Of a stretch of 64,000 bases of DNA, positions 62,505-64,000 are shown in pieces. The stretch comes from an uncultured Gammaproteobacteria bacterium. GTDB lineage: Bacteria; Patescibacteriota; Patescibacteriia; PEXW01. How positions within the stretch are numbered: the stretch's first letter is position 1; each line of letters begins with the position of its first letter. Under the pieces are notes generated by a model. It was not told the origin of the DNA and did no database searches. It saw nothing but the letters and a program-made list of their open reading frames with translations. The position numbers and the translations under genes were made by a program. The stretch covers positions 65,656 to 129,655 of the forward strand of contig CAZAMC010000002.1 of the NCBI GenBank assembly GCA_964486505.1. Reading direction: 5' to 3'.

Positions 62505-64000
62505 ATGGCATTCGTCCTCCGCGCAAAGCGGTTTGACTTGAGTACCGGTGGTCTGCCCTACGTCGTTGTTCTCCGCAACGAAGACGGCAAGAATTTTGGC
62601 ATTCACGCCGGTGACCGACTCCTGCTGCAAGTGGACGGGAAGAAGGTCGTCGTTCAAGCCGACCTCACCCACCGACGGGTTGCCCCCGGGGAAATCGGCC
62701 TCTTCCGTGAGGTATGGCGAGAAAACCGCATTGCCAACCGACAAGCAGTATCGCTTTCGCCGCTGGGCCGGCCAGAGTCCATTGAAGCCTTGAAGAAGAA
62801 GTTGCTGGGGAAACGGCTTTCCGAAGCCGAGTTCTTTGCCATTGTTCGGGATATTGTTAGCAACAAGTTCGGCACCACGGAGCTTACGTACTTTGCCGCT
62901 TCCAGTTTTGTGCACGAGTACTCCAACGACGAACTCTACTACCTTACCAAAGCCATCGCGACAACCGGTGAGCAGTTGCGGTTCGGACGCAAGGTGATTG
63001 CTGACAAGCACTCCGTGGGTGGGTTGGCGGGTAACCGAACGACCATGGTCGTGGTTCCGATTATTGCCAGCCTTGGCATTTACATTCCCAAGACGTCATC
63101 CCGTGCAATCACCAGCCCGGCTGGAACCGCCGACACCATGGAGGTGTTGGCACCGGTTTCCCATTCTATCGATCGGATTAAGCGCATTGTTCAGCAATGT
63201 CACGCCTGCCTGGTGTGGGGCGGGGGATTGGCGCTGGCGCCTGCCGATGATCGCATCATTAAAGTATCGCGGCCGCTCTCGTTGGAACCCTACTCAAAAA
63301 TGTTGGTTTCCATCATGGCGAAGAAGGTGGCGATGGGCGTTACCCACCTTGTCATCGACATGCCCTACGGTGAGTACACGAAGATTCCTGACCTGGCAAC
63401 GGCGAAGCGTCTGGCTGCCAAGTTCCGCTACCTGGGGCGTCGGTTTGGCATTACCGTGAAGGTCGCCATGATTGAAGCACGTGAGCCCATTGGTCGAGGC
63501 GTTGGTCCCGCCTTGGAAGCGCGCGACGTCCTGCGCGTCTTGCAACAGAAAGAATACCGCCCTCGCGATTTGGAAGAGAAGTCCATTCGGTTGGCGGGTA
63601 TGCTGGTGGAGCTTGTGGGGGTGGCCCGGAAGGGGACGGGGAGCAGTGTTGTGCGGGATCAGCTGGTGAGCGGGAAAGCATGGCGCGCCATGCAGCAGAT
63701 CATTCGGGCACAAGGCGGCAATCCCAACCTAGACTCCGAAGATGTCACACTGGGCGCCAAGCGGCTGCGCGTGGTAGCGAAGCGGAGCGGGATCATTACT
63801 ACCGTTAACAACCGTGCTATTGATGAGCTCGCCCGGAGCCTCGGTGCGCCTGATGACAAAGTTGGCGGACTACACTTGAAGAAGCGCTTGGGGGATAGCG
63901 TCCTCGCGGGTGAGGCGCTCTACACGTGCTACGCCAGTAGCCCCAGCCGGTTGGCGCTGGCTGAAGCCGCGCTTCGGCACGTGCATGTGTTCACCGTGGC
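62505..64000 (+). CDS. AMP phosphorylase / archaeal-type thymidine phosphorylase family (3' truncated by window)
   Basis: Translated by hand: DKHSVGGLAGNRTT, KTSSRAITSPAGTADTMEVL, N-terminal beta-barrel extension. Confidence 0.9.
   Translation, partial: MAFVLRAKRFDLSTGGLPYVVVLRNEDGKNFGIHAGDRLLLQVDGKKVVVQADLTHRRVAPGEIGLFREVWRENRIANRQAVSLSPLGRPESIEALKKKLLGKRLSEAEFFAIVRDIVSNKFGTTELTYFAASSFVHEYSNDELYYLTKAIATTGEQLRFGRKVIADKHSVGGLAGNRTTMVVVPIIASLGIYIPKTSSRAITSPAGTADTMEVLAPVSHSIDRIKRIVQQCHACLVWGGGLALAPADDRIIKVSRPLSLEPYSKMLVSIMAKKVAMGVTHLVIDMPYGEYTKIPDLATAKRLAAKFRYLGRRFGITVKVAMIEAREPIGRGVGPALEARDVLRVLQQKEYRPRDLEEKSIRLAGMLVELVGVARKGTGSSVVRDQLVSGKAWRAMQQIIRAQGGNPNLDSEDVTLGAKRLRVVAKRSGIITTVNNRAIDELARSLGAPDDKVGGLHLKKRLGDSVLAGEALYTCYASSPSRLALAEAALRHVHVFTV

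Overview
This window looks like a stretch of bacterial chromosome. Gene content points to a Patescibacteria/CPR genome (inference): archaeal-type AMP phosphorylase, PEP synthase, Asn-rich lipoproteins, short GC-rich palindromic repeats and many SD-less starts. The housekeeping backbone is uvrA (partial), groES-groEL with a CIRCE box, ppsA, panD, tag, dnaG-rpoD, tRNA-Ser, two tRNA-Asn, a DEAD-box helicase, mgtA, an ABC exporter, a Rrf2-suf operon, ferredoxin, SOD and AMP phosphorylase (partial). Two loci stand out. (1) A ~13.6 kb cluster (32.7-46.4 kb) has three GT-N7-AC NrtR boxes. It interleaves a TerY-P-like PP2C/kinase/vWA module with a complete NAD(P) salvage pathway: a nicotinamidase fused to an unknown N-terminal domain, a NadD-NadK fusion, a NUDIX, PncB, a GNAT, an NDT-like protein and Gln-dependent NadE. 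It also carries a duplicated two-hairpin RNA-like motif. (2) A small GIY-YIG nuclease gene lies between an intact tRNA-Ser and a duplicated tRNA-Ser 5' half that is interrupted by three short palindromic insertions, and a 3'-end tRNA duplication lies on the other side. Smaller observations: an unannotated 25-aa Cys/His-rich microprotein, an 82-bp MITE-like element, csrA, and a split between leaderless core genes and strong-SD accessory genes. All calls come from reading motifs by eye; no database searches were run.
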